A stretch of DNA of 55,091 nucleotides from a virus (taxonomy: Duplodnaviria > Heunggongvirae > Uroviricota > Caudoviricetes): IMG/VR virus record IMGVR_UViG_3300046820_001896. One strand, written 5' to 3'. A program made the position numbers and the translations under genes. How positions within the stretch are numbered: position 1 is the first letter of the stretch; every line of letters begins with the position of its first letter. The notes under the pieces are model-generated. The model ran no database searches. It saw only the letters and a list, made by a program, of their open reading frames with translations, and was not told the origin of the DNA. Positions 9,566 to 19,600 of this stretch are shown here, piece after piece.

Positions 9566-11091
9566 TTAAGAAAATAAAAAACATTGTTATTTTTGGTGGT
9601 GGTACTAGCGGTTGGCTAACTGCTGCTTATATCACTAATCAATTAAACTTTCCATGTAATATTACATTGATTGAAAGTAAAACAATTGGACCTATTGGAG
9701 TTGGTGAAGGTACTCAACCATTTACATCTAGATTTTTGTGGAAAGCAGGATTATCTCCAAAACAATGGATGAAACCCGCACAAGCTGCATTTAAATATGG
9801 AGTATTATTAGACGGTTGGAATAAAGAACCATATTTCGTAGACAATGATTTTATTGAGAATCACATTATAGGTCCTGAATTATATGCACATGACTATTTT
9901 ATTAATAAACCAAATAAAGAGTTTGTAGAATGGTTACCTGCTTATAGATTAGCAATGGCAAATAAAAGCCCTAAACTCGATGGATATGATCACTGTTTAT
10001 CTCAACGATCTTATGAAGATTGGGGTGCAGTGCATTTTTCTGCGTTTGATATCTTAGATACTATTCATGATTTAATTAAAGATAGAATCACATATTTTGA
10101 TACTAAAATTATTGATATTAAAAGTAATGATGATGGTATTGAATATTTGCTAGATGAACAAGACAGAAAACATACTGCTGATTTATTCATCGATTGCACA
10201 GGATTTGAAGCAAAATTAATTAGTAAAGAATTAAATGTTCCATTTGTTGACATATCAAATATTTTGCCATGTGATAGTGCTGTTGCTATGCCTACACAAT
10301 TTAAAGACCCTAAAAACGAATGCCATCCATATACAAAAGCAACTACTATGACTGCTGGTTGGAGATGGACAATTCCAACATTTAAACAAATTGGCAATGG
10401 TTATGTTTATTCATCGAAGCATATTACACCTGAACAAGCTGAAAAAGAATTAAGAGATAGTATTGGTGAATATGATGCAAAAGCTAGACATGTGAAGATG
10501 CGCTGTGGTGCATCTGAAAAAGTTGCTCATAAGAACGTTATTGCTGTAGGTTTATCTGCTGGTTTCGTAGAACCATTAGAAGCAACTGGTATTACGTTCA
10601 CAACAAAAATAGTTGAATCTTTGTGTGCTGGTTTAAATTTCCACAATGGTGTATGGAATGATAATTTACAAGTAGCATTTAATACTGCTTATATCAATAT
10701 GGTAACTGAAATCATTTCATTTGTATGGGCTCATTATCATTATAGCGATAGAGCTGATACACCATTTTGGCAAGAAATTAGAAACCAAAAAATAGAACAT
10801 GCGCCCGAATACGTTCAAGAAATTTTTAGACAATTCTATCCAAAATTACATAGAAATTTTTATTTAGATGATAAGACATCTGGTTTCCATACCGGTCATT
10901 GGTTTAGTATGCTACATGCAAATGATGCATATAAAGATAAAGAAAAATATGAGTTAAGCGAAGAACAGTTGAAATATGCAGAGTACTATATTAAGACTAA
11001 AAAATCTGAGATAGATAATGCTATAGAGTATTTCCCAAATCATTATGAATTTTTGAAGGATTGGTATGCGAGAACCGGTGACGCTGTTTAG
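9562..11091 (+). CDS. Flavin-dependent halogenase, tryptophan halogenase (PrnA) family
   Basis: FAD motif GGGTSGW, IGVGEGT, putative catalytic Lys in AAFKYG, halogenase signature WRWTIP, and GFVEPLEATG. Confidence 0.85.
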   Translation: MIKKIKNIVIFGGGTSGWLTAAYITNQLNFPCNITLIESKTIGPIGVGEGTQPFTSRFLWKAGLSPKQWMKPAQAAFKYGVLLDGWNKEPYFVDNDFIENHIIGPELYAHDYFINKPNKEFVEWLPAYRLAMANKSPKLDGYDHCLSQRSYEDWGAVHFSAFDILDTIHDLIKDRITYFDTKIIDIKSNDDGIEYLLDEQDRKHTADLFIDCTGFEAKLISKELNVPFVDISNILPCDSAVAMPTQFKDPKNECHPYTKATTMTAGWRWTIPTFKQIGNGYVYSSKHITPEQAEKELRDSIGEYDAKARHVKMRCGASEKVAHKNVIAVGLSAGFVEPLEATGITFTTKIVESLCAGLNFHNGVWNDNLQVAFNTAYINMVTEIISFVWAHYHYSDRADTPFWQEIRNQKIEHAPEYVQEIFRQFYPKLHRNFYLDDKTSGFHTGHWFSMLHANDAYKDKEKYELSEEQLKYAEYYIKTKKSEIDNAIEYFPNHYEFLKDWYARTGDAV

Positions 11092-11674
11092 AGCAGATTT
11101 ATTTAGTTATTCAAACGTAGGAACGCCTGAACAAAGGCAAGAATTAATTGATCGTTTACTAGCTCTGAAAGCATCAGGAGCTAGAGATATCAATGAACTA
11201 ACAAATAATGAAGGATGTTGGAGATATTCATATCCAGTAAAAGATTGTGATTGGCTAAATCATGCTCTTTCAGTTATTATGTCAGATGCATTTGAATATT
11301 ACGGAAATCAACCTGGAAGTAGAATTAGATTACCTAGTGAAAAAGATAAAATCTCAATAGGTAGTTGGTGTAATATCAATGAGAAGTATTCTCGTAATGT
11401 ATATCACTCTCATAAAGGTTCTATTTTTTCATGTGTGTATTATCTTCAAGCAACCGATACAGGTAAACTAGTATTATCTAATCCTGCAAACGTATTGAAT
11501 GATTGCAGTAACTTTTCTCCATACACAAGAGACTTTTTCTTTTTACCAAAAGATGGTGATTTAGTGCTTTGGCCTTCATGGATTCCGCATGAAGTAGAAC
11601 CTAATATGTCTGATCGTCAGCGTATTAATATAGTATTTGATATTGATGTTCCATTTATCTATGAACCAAAATGA
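11066..11674 (+). CDS. 2OG-Fe(II) oxygenase superfamily protein (TIGR02466-like)
   Basis: Metal motif HSH (NVYHSHKGS), SCVYY, distal His in WPSWIPHEV, and RINIVFD. Confidence 0.8.
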   Translation: MREPVTLFRADLFSYSNVGTPEQRQELIDRLLALKASGARDINELTNNEGCWRYSYPVKDCDWLNHALSVIMSDAFEYYGNQPGSRIRLPSEKDKISIGSWCNINEKYSRNVYHSHKGSIFSCVYYLQATDTGKLVLSNPANVLNDCSNFSPYTRDFFFLPKDGDLVLWPSWIPHEVEPNMSDRQRINIVFDIDVPFIYEPK

Positions 11675-12152
11675 AGAATTATTTGCTGTACAAATTTTTA
11701 CTGGCAAAATAACACTAACCGAAAAAATTATACAAGATTATTTGAAATGGTTAGAAATCCAAAAGTTATTGGAAGAAGACGTTAGTAATATAAGCACTAC
11801 TATCAATGGTTGGCAATACGCATTTAAACATAGCGATACTCAACCTGAATGGCACAAATCGATTGTGTCACAAATCGATGCCGATTTTCATTTAAAAGAC
11901 AAAAGTAGTTGGATTGTTGACTATGATATTGGCGGATATCAAGATCCGCATATTCATAGAAGTAGTCATGGTACTATGATAATCAATTTAGTTGGTAGCG
12001 GAGATTTATTATTATATGACACTAGACCAACGGGTGGATTTGAAGTTAAAACTTTGAACGCAGGAGATTGGATATATATTCCAGGTTGGTTGATGCATTC
12101 TAGTCGACCATGCAAAGAAAAACGAAGTATATTAGTGATTGATTATAGATGA
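11661..12152 (+). CDS. Cupin / 2OG-Fe(II) oxygenase-like protein
   Basis: QDPHIH ... IPGWLMHSSRP ... RSILV pattern. The start is placed at ATG 11661, overlapping the upstream gene, rather than at 11637. Confidence 0.7.
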   Translation: MNQNEELFAVQIFTGKITLTEKIIQDYLKWLEIQKLLEEDVSNISTTINGWQYAFKHSDTQPEWHKSIVSQIDADFHLKDKSSWIVDYDIGGYQDPHIHRSSHGTMIINLVGSGDLLLYDTRPTGGFEVKTLNAGDWIYIPGWLMHSSRPCKEKRSILVIDYR

Positions 12153-12925
12153 CGAAGATTGAATTTTTTTCTAGCATTGATGGAGTAGCAGATTCTACTC
12201 CTATTTTAGAGGCGAAAGAATACCAACCATTTTGGTTTAATGAGTGTAAAGCTGATTATATAGATCAACTTAATGCAGCAAATGGTGGAACATTTGCACA
12301 CACTTATAGATGTCCAGGAATATTTGATCTTTACAAAAATGGATTTTTTGTAACTGCATGGTGTGATATTAAAATAGAAACAAATGGAGATCCAAATTAT
12401 TTTAAGTGGACTTTACCTAATGTAAATTTAGTAGAGTATATGGATAAGGCAGAAAATAGTCCAATTTTACAAGAACATTCTTTTAATGGTATTGCAAAAC
12501 ATCTTCCTATTCCACCAAACACACTTAGATCAATTATTAAAATTAACACTCCTTGGCATGTTATGGCGCCAAAAGGTGTAAAGTTTATGGTATTACCTGT
12601 GCCATATTCAAATAATTTTACATTTACACACTCGACTGGAATATTGGATCCAAGCGTTTCTTCAGCACTGAATTGTCAATTATATTGGCATCAACTTAAT
12701 GGTTCATATACAATTAAAGCTGGAACTCCTCTTTCGTATATTATACCATTAACGGAGAAAAAGTATAAGTTTGAATGTAGAGATAAAAATGCTAGAGATG
12801 AATTGTGGTTAAAGAAAAAAGAATTTCTTAAAAATTTTACTTTCACATTTAAACGTACTGCTATGAAATCTGCGTATGATAAACATAATGAATCGAAGTG
12901 CCCATTTTCAAGGCTATTTAAATGA
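12149..12925 (+). CDS. Conserved phage protein, beta-rich (DUF6065-like, tentative)
   Basis: CPGIFDL..GF..TAWCD, IKINTPW, GILD and IKAGTPL motifs. I recall this family next to phage oxygenase genes. Confidence 0.45.
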   Translation: MTKIEFFSSIDGVADSTPILEAKEYQPFWFNECKADYIDQLNAANGGTFAHTYRCPGIFDLYKNGFFVTAWCDIKIETNGDPNYFKWTLPNVNLVEYMDKAENSPILQEHSFNGIAKHLPIPPNTLRSIIKINTPWHVMAPKGVKFMVLPVPYSNNFTFTHSTGILDPSVSSALNCQLYWHQLNGSYTIKAGTPLSYIIPLTEKKYKFECRDKNARDELWLKKKEFLKNFTFTFKRTAMKSAYDKHNESKCPFSRLFK

Positions 12926-13272
12926 CAATATATCAAACAATTATTGCCTGTATAATTACAGGCATTTTAGTTTTTGTAGTTTACAAACATGTTGGGTTTG
13001 AAGCTATAAAAAACTGCTATGGAATGTGGTTCACACGTAAGTATTGGACTAACTATAACATAGTAGAAGCTCTATCATGGGGCACAAAAGCGGTCATCAT
13101 TGTCCCAGGTTTAATATTTGGAATTCAAATTTGGTGGTTATACTTCTTAACACTCGCTACAAGTCTTACATTGATTTGGGCAAGTAATAAAAAGTTATTG
13201 CCAACTCTTGTGGCTTTCAATACTCTTTGGACTTGGATTAGCGTGATGGTCTTAGTTAAATCGTTAGTTTAG
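12922..13272 (+). CDS. Small integral membrane protein (about 4 TM segments)
   Basis: Several long hydrophobic stretches. ATGA overlap with the upstream gene. Confidence 0.6.
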   Translation: MTIYQTIIACIITGILVFVVYKHVGFEAIKNCYGMWFTRKYWTNYNIVEALSWGTKAVIIVPGLIFGIQIWWLYFLTLATSLTLIWASNKKLLPTLVAFNTLWTWISVMVLVKSLV

Positions 13273-13281
13273 AGGTAAATT

Positions 13282-14319
13282 ATGGACTTCGTTCTAAATG
13301 TTCTATTAAAGAACATCGATTATCTCTGGATGGTATTCTTCATTATGATCTCTGCGGGACTAGCAAAACAGTATCAACTTTTTGCCCCTGCTTATGCCTA
13401 TGTTAAGAATACATTCAGAAGCAACAAGTTCGTAGTCGTACTACTTAGTGCTATTGGTGGCGTACTCCCAATTGAGGGAAGAGTTACTGTTAGTGCGGGT
13501 CTTCTTGACACCGTGGCTCCTAAAAGTGGTCCTGGTAGAGAGAAGATGGGTATTGTAGACTACTTAGCAACACACCACTATTACATGTGGTCCCCGCTTG
13601 AAAAGACTGTTATTATCCCAATTGCTGCATTTGGTTTAACTTATGCTGCTTGGATTGGAATGATTTGGCCTTTGATTGCAATTAGTTTAATCTTCATCTA
13701 TTGGTATATTTGGCAAAAGGTTAAAGATGATGAAATCGCTATCACACCTGGCAACTTTAAGATATCTGCAGTTGCTCGCGGTGTAGTTCCCATGTTTGCT
13801 GCTATCGCAGCTTATATTGCAGGAGTAAACTTCATAGCGTGTTTTGGATTCTTAACACTTTACTATATGTTTGTGACTCAGCAATGGGACATTAAAAAGC
13901 TATTAGGTTATGTGAATTGGAAAGTGTTGATTATTGTTGGTATCGCTATTATGGCTGGTAACTACTTTAAATCACAAAGCGCTTTCTTTGAAGCCATGAT
14001 TAAAGGCAGTATGTTAGATCCTACTACTTTTATCGGTATGGCAATACTCAGCGCATTAAGCTTTGTGTTCGCATTCTTGATGGGATCTAGTGGTAAGTTT
14101 GTGGCTTTAGCTGTGTTAACAGCACAAGCTTTTGGTCCACAATACTTCTTATGGTTCTTTGCGATTGATTATGCTGGTTACCTATTATCTCCCACTCACA
14201 AGTGTGTGATGGTTGGTAATACGTATTTTGGCACTCCACTAAAAACTTACTATGCTGCTCTCGGAGCGTGGTCAGTGTTATTGGTTGCAGTAGCTGGTGT
14301 TTTTACTTTTTTAATTTAA
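13282..14319 (+). CDS. Multi-pass membrane permease-like protein (DUF401 / ion-transporter superfamily-like)
   Basis: About 10 hydrophobic segments. GGVLPIEG, HHYYMWSPL and GYLLSPTHKC resemble DUF401 motifs as I recall them (e.g. SPxHxC). Confidence 0.6.
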   Translation: MDFVLNVLLKNIDYLWMVFFIMISAGLAKQYQLFAPAYAYVKNTFRSNKFVVVLLSAIGGVLPIEGRVTVSAGLLDTVAPKSGPGREKMGIVDYLATHHYYMWSPLEKTVIIPIAAFGLTYAAWIGMIWPLIAISLIFIYWYIWQKVKDDEIAITPGNFKISAVARGVVPMFAAIAAYIAGVNFIACFGFLTLYYMFVTQQWDIKKLLGYVNWKVLIIVGIAIMAGNYFKSQSAFFEAMIKGSMLDPTTFIGMAILSALSFVFAFLMGSSGKFVALAVLTAQAFGPQYFLWFFAIDYAGYLLSPTHKCVMVGNTYFGTPLKTYYAALGAWSVLLVAVAGVFTFLI

Positions 14320-14331
14320 GTTTAAATGCAT

Positions 14332-14362
14332 AAAAATGGGGGCCTTGGGTCCCCATTTTTTT
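14332..14362. terminator. Intrinsic terminator, probably bidirectional
   Basis: AAAAATGGGGGCC-TTG-GGTCCCCATTTTT stem with A and T tracts on the flanks. Confidence 0.85.
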
Positions 14363-14369
14363 ATAAATA
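14362..14369 (+). promoter_or_regulatory. T4 late promoter (gp55-dependent) for dps-gp13-gp14
   Basis: Exact TATAAATA 22 nt upstream of the dps ATG, directly after a terminator. Confidence 0.8.
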
Positions 14370-14391
14370 GATTATATCAACGGAGCTCCAC

Positions 14392-14829
14392 ATGAATAAA
14401 CTCGTAGAACAATTACGCAAAGTCTTAGCATCTAATTTTACACTATATCTTAAAACTCAAATGTTCCATTGGAACGTAGAAGGTCCTCATTTTAGTGACT
14501 ATCATGAATTTTGGGCAGACGTCTATACAGACTTATATGAACAAAACGATTTATTAGCAGAATTTATTAGACAGTCAAATGAGTATGCTCCAGGATCATT
14601 AGAAGTTTATAAAGAACTTTCTTTAATTCAAGACGAAGAAGGTTTTCCTAAAGCTAAAGAAATGTTTTCTCGTTTCTTGAGCAATAATGATGTAATGATT
14701 ACATTATATAATCAATTATATAAACTTGCAGAAGAATCAGAAGAATATCAGATTTCTGATTTTTGTGCTCAACGTTTAGCAGCACATAAAAAACATGCAT
14801 GGATGGTTCGTTCTATCCTAAAGGACTAA
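14392..14829 (+). CDS. dps: Dps / ferritin-like DNA-protection protein
   Basis: HWNVEGPHF..YH and D..AE ferroxidase-centre pattern, C-terminal KHAWM, and GGAG Shine-Dalgarno. Confidence 0.9.
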   Translation: MNKLVEQLRKVLASNFTLYLKTQMFHWNVEGPHFSDYHEFWADVYTDLYEQNDLLAEFIRQSNEYAPGSLEVYKELSLIQDEEGFPKAKEMFSRFLSNNDVMITLYNQLYKLAEESEEYQISDFCAQRLAAHKKHAWMVRSILKD

Positions 14830-14836
14830 TACTAAT

Positions 14837-15574
14837 ATGGCAATCCCAACAAGCAGAGAAGAATTAAAAGAATATTGCTTGAGAGCACTGGGTCAGCCTG
14901 TGCTTGAAGTGAACATTGATGACGATCAAGTAGAAGATCGTATCGATGAAGCACTTCAAAAATATTATGATTACCATTCAGACGCACAGAAGCGTGTTTA
15001 TATTCCACATCAAGTATCAGATATCGATATAGCTAATGGATATTTGACGTTATCAGATGATGTAATTTCAGTTCAACGTATTTTGCCATTGACTTCTGCA
15101 TGGTCAGGTATGAATATGTTCAATATGAAATATCAGATGTACTTAAATGACTTCTATGCTTTGTATCGTGCAGACTCTATGCAATACTTCGTAGAGATGC
15201 AACAATATCTTTCTACATTAGATTCTTTGCTGAATGGCGTACAAACTGTTCAATATCAACGCCATGGTAATAGACTATACATCGAAACTAAGTGGAGCGA
15301 GAAAGTTCAACCAGGCCAATATATCATGGTTGAAGCTTATGCTCGTGTTGTTAGTGATGAAGTATGGAATGACTTTTGGTTAAAGCGTTATGCAACTGCA
15401 TTGATTCAATTCCAATGGGGTGCAAACTTAGCTAAGTTCGATGGTATGCAATTACCCGGTGGTGTTACGATTAATGCGCGTCAATATATTGATGATGCTG
15501 AGAACGATATTCGTCTTTTAGAAGAAGAACTTCGTAATACACACGAATTGCCAGTAGATTTCTTCTGTGGATAA
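14837..15574 (+). CDS. gp13: Neck protein gp13
   Basis: EYCLRALGQPVLEVNIDDDQVEDRIDEAL and LPGGVTIN motifs; synteny. Confidence 0.9.
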   Translation: MAIPTSREELKEYCLRALGQPVLEVNIDDDQVEDRIDEALQKYYDYHSDAQKRVYIPHQVSDIDIANGYLTLSDDVISVQRILPLTSAWSGMNMFNMKYQMYLNDFYALYRADSMQYFVEMQQYLSTLDSLLNGVQTVQYQRHGNRLYIETKWSEKVQPGQYIMVEAYARVVSDEVWNDFWLKRYATALIQFQWGANLAKFDGMQLPGGVTINARQYIDDAENDIRLLEEELRNTHELPVDFFCG

Positions 15575-15583
15575 GAGTAACTA

Positions 15584-16621
15584 ATGCCAACAAATGTCTT
15601 CTTCAACCCCGGTGTTCTATCAGAACAACGTCTCTATGAGGATATGATCGAAGAGTCTTTACGTATTTACGGTCAAGACATCTATTATATTCCTAGAACG
15701 CTTAAGAACTTAGATCAGGTTCTTAATGATGCAGTAGCATCTGAATTTAATCAAGCATACTTCATCGAAATGTATATCGATGAAGGCGGATATACTGGTG
15801 AAGGTACTATTATGTCTAAGTTTGGATTAGAGATTCGAGATCAAGCTACATTCGTTGTATCACGTCGCCGTTGGGAAAACTTTATTGGACGAGAAAATAC
15901 TACTATGATTGGTGGTCGTCCAAATGAAGGTGACTTATTATACATCCCGCTTTCTGGCACATTTATGGAAATCAAATTCGTTGAACACGAAGCTGCTTTC
16001 TATCAATTGGCTAACGTTTTCGTTTATGAATTACATTGTGAAACATGGGAATACTCTGGCGAGAAGTTCAATACTGGTTATGAAATCATTGATGGTATTG
16101 AAAATACATATGCACCAGCCCAACGCTTAACACTTGGTTCTAACAATGGCATTAACTTCCATCCTAATGAAGAAGTTCAACAGTTTGCTGGTTACGATAC
16201 AAACAATAATCCAATATTTGTATATGGTAATTTAGCTAGTGTTGAATTTACTGGTGGTTTAGCTTCAGTTATTACTGTAAACCAAATTCGTTCTAGCGAT
16301 AATAAACCTAGAAACTTCCAAGAATCTGGCATTGGTGATGCAGCTGTAGAACGTCGTATTATGGGTATGGCTTCAGGAGCTACATACATAATTGAAATAG
16401 CAGGTGATGCAAAAGAATTACCTAATGATCCTAATGCACAAAATATTGACTTTGAAGAATTCGGTGATACTATCCTCGATTTCTCTGAGTCTAACCCATT
16501 CGGCGAACCGGGTGGAGATTATCAACAACAAACATTAACTGATTACGAACCTCAAGTAATTAGATTAGACAATAACATCCTTCGCTTTGATGAAAACACA
16601 GCGACATGGGATTCAGTATAA
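15584..16621 (+). CDS. gp14: Neck protein gp14 with C-terminal extension
   Basis: LYEDMIEESLRIYGQDIYYIPR, SKFGLEIRD, GDLLYIP and DFSESNPFG motifs; synteny. Confidence 0.9.
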   Translation: MPTNVFFNPGVLSEQRLYEDMIEESLRIYGQDIYYIPRTLKNLDQVLNDAVASEFNQAYFIEMYIDEGGYTGEGTIMSKFGLEIRDQATFVVSRRRWENFIGRENTTMIGGRPNEGDLLYIPLSGTFMEIKFVEHEAAFYQLANVFVYELHCETWEYSGEKFNTGYEIIDGIENTYAPAQRLTLGSNNGINFHPNEEVQQFAGYDTNNNPIFVYGNLASVEFTGGLASVITVNQIRSSDNKPRNFQESGIGDAAVERRIMGMASGATYIIEIAGDAKELPNDPNAQNIDFEEFGDTILDFSESNPFGEPGGDYQQQTLTDYEPQVIRLDNNILRFDENTATWDSV

Positions 16622-16636
16622 TAAACAGGAACTAAG

Positions 16637-19600
16637 ATGGCAAAGCAAATATTAAATACTGGTACATCAAATAACGATAAGAGCGGTGATACTCTTAGAG
16701 CTGGTGGTCTTAAGATCAAAGCCAACTTTAATGAAATCTATGCTGCCTTAGCGAATGATGGTTCGAATATCTCTGGCGGTGATTTATTAAAGACTGGTAG
16801 TTATACAGATTTACGTAATCTTCCAGATTTCCATCCTATTTCTACTAGCGGTAGTTTTAATGACTTAGAAGATAAACCTGAATTATCTACATTTGTTGCT
16901 GCGCCTTTAACGCTTGCTGGTATCGAAGGCAACACGACAGGTCAAATCGCTGCTGATGATAATTATGTTTATGTTTGTACTACTGACTGGGTTGAAGCTG
17001 ATACTTATTCTCCATTAACATTTGTGCATGAAGACAACCTTGTTGATTATTTGTTAGTTGCTGCGACAAGCGACGTTGCTTCTACTGTTGTTTTAAAACC
17101 TGGAACAATTGCGCCTGAAGTTGACTTCACTATTACAGACGGTTCAGTTACTAGAACTATCACATTAGTAACTGAGATCGGTGATGGTCAAGGTGGAGTT
17201 TGGTATGAATGTACATTAGACGGTGAATTTACTAGCGTAGCAAACACACAATATAAAATTGAATTTGCCCCTGTTGCTGGAGATTTTGCTGCTCACTTTA
17301 CATGGAATGGTGCATTCCAACCATTAGTTGATGCGCACGCTCAAGGCACATTAGCTGCAAAACTATTTAAGAGCGGTGATAATACTGGTCGAGTAATTAC
17401 TCACGCTGTTCGTGATTCAATTTCTAACGAATTGACTATTACATATACTGGTCCACAGTTTACAAGTTTTACTGGTATGTCCATCGTTGAAGATCAACCA
17501 ATTATTTGGAAGCGTATTCCATTAAATGTTGCTGCCGATAGATTAGTTAATGGTGATTTCGAAATTACTATCAATTCAAATGGTGGATTAACATTCCCAG
17601 ATGGCACAACTCAAACAACTGCTTACACTGGCGAAGCTGGTATTACTAAGTTCGTTGCAGTAAATAATGACGGAGTTATTAGTGGTTCTGACGATGGTAT
17701 TACTTGGAATGAATATACAAGTAACTTAAGCAACATTAATCGTGTTGCTGTTGGTCCAAATAAAATTGTTTATATTGCAGACAGTTCTGATGGTCAAGGC
17801 AACGATCAATCTTTATGGCATGCTGACACTTATGATACACAACCAATTGAAGTTACATCTCTTTCAACAAGAGGATTTTTGGAAGTAAAATATTTTAAGA
17901 GTATTTCTAAGTTTGTTGCTGTGGGTAATGATGGAGATGGTAATCCATCACTATACTACAGCGACGATGGTATTGATTGGATAGGGTCATCTGTAGATCC
18001 AACATATTTACAAACAGTAGTCGATTATACAGGTGCTTCATTCCGTGATATTGCAGAAAATGAATTAGGTTTCTTTGTCATATCTGGTAATAAAACACTT
18101 GGTGGTTTCTTCCTTTCAGACATTACAGATACGATGAATGGAGATAATCATGTAGATTTATCATATTTGTCTGATCATCCGGATGAAGTTGTATGGGCAA
18201 ATTCATTCTATTTCCAAGGTTGGCATCTATTTACTGATGATGATATAGCTACGGAAGCTTGGTGTTATAATAGCGAAAGTAACCCAACTGTAGGAACTTT
18301 CCAAACTGATTTTATTACACTTGATGGTATATGGGAAAACGAAATCGGTATTCCTGGTGGTTCGCTTAAAGAATTTGCTGTTGGTGATTATGCTGGTATG
18401 TCAGTTATTATGGCATCGACTAATGACGGACAAATCCTTTATTGGCCAACTATTCCTGCAGGTCCATATGTTTCTATTCCAAAACCATATACTGCAACTA
18501 TTACTGATTGGACTAGTTCATCAACTTCTGCTATCACTACAACTGGTGCAACTGGTGGACTTGGCGAAAAGTTTATTGTTACAGGTTCTACTACTGATTA
18601 TAATGGCACATACTATCTTGGAGCTGATGGTGCTGTATTTACAGACAACACTTTAACTACTCCATTCGATACTACAAGTTTAGATCCATTTACAGGAACT
18701 GCAACACTTTCATGGAGTCACGGTCAATATATTGATGCGTTACACTATAATGATGGTGTATTCTATGCTGGTAATGATAATGAAGAGATGTTCAAATCTA
18801 CTAACGGTGGTCAGGTGTGGACAAAAGTAGATCAGCTGGGCGGTGGTTCAGGTGAGGGTGATGGTTACTTAAATGATATCGATTCATATATCTCTAGTGC
18901 TGGAGAAATAACATTCAGCGGTGTACAGATTCGTGGTAAAGCAACTGAAGGTAAAACTGGTTTAATCAAACTTGTTCCAAATACAAATATCGATGAACAC
19001 AGTTTCTTAGATAATGGTCAGTTCGTACAGATTTATCCAACAAATCTATATGATGCTCCACATATTCACATTGCTGCTGGTGTTGGTGCTGCTAGCGAAG
19101 GTGATATTTTCCTTGGCGATGATAATAAACATGTTGAAGTTAATCATAATGGTAATGTAAGTATTCAATCATATAATGATAATACTGAGTATACTTACAA
19201 TTGGAGTTTTAATACAGACGGTAGTATGGAATTCCCTTGGATAGAAACAAATATTCACAATGGCGGAAACCAATTTGCTCAAACTTTAAAATTTGGCAAT
19301 CCTAATCAACAAGTAATTATTACTGGTCCTACTCCAGAAGAAAACCAAAATGCTGAACGCATAATCATTCAAGGTCAAAGAGGTCTTGGATCTGGTGAAG
19401 GTGGAGATGTTTATCTTTGGGCTGGCGACACTGATGGTACTAACGGTGGAGATATTAAGATTTATGCTGGTGATGCAGATCAAAATGATTCAGGTTATGG
19501 TGGTTATGTAAACATTGATGGCGGCCGTGGATTTAATAGCGGTGGTAACGTAGAAATTACTGGTGGTTCATCTCCAGGAGGAAACGGTGGTAATGTTACG

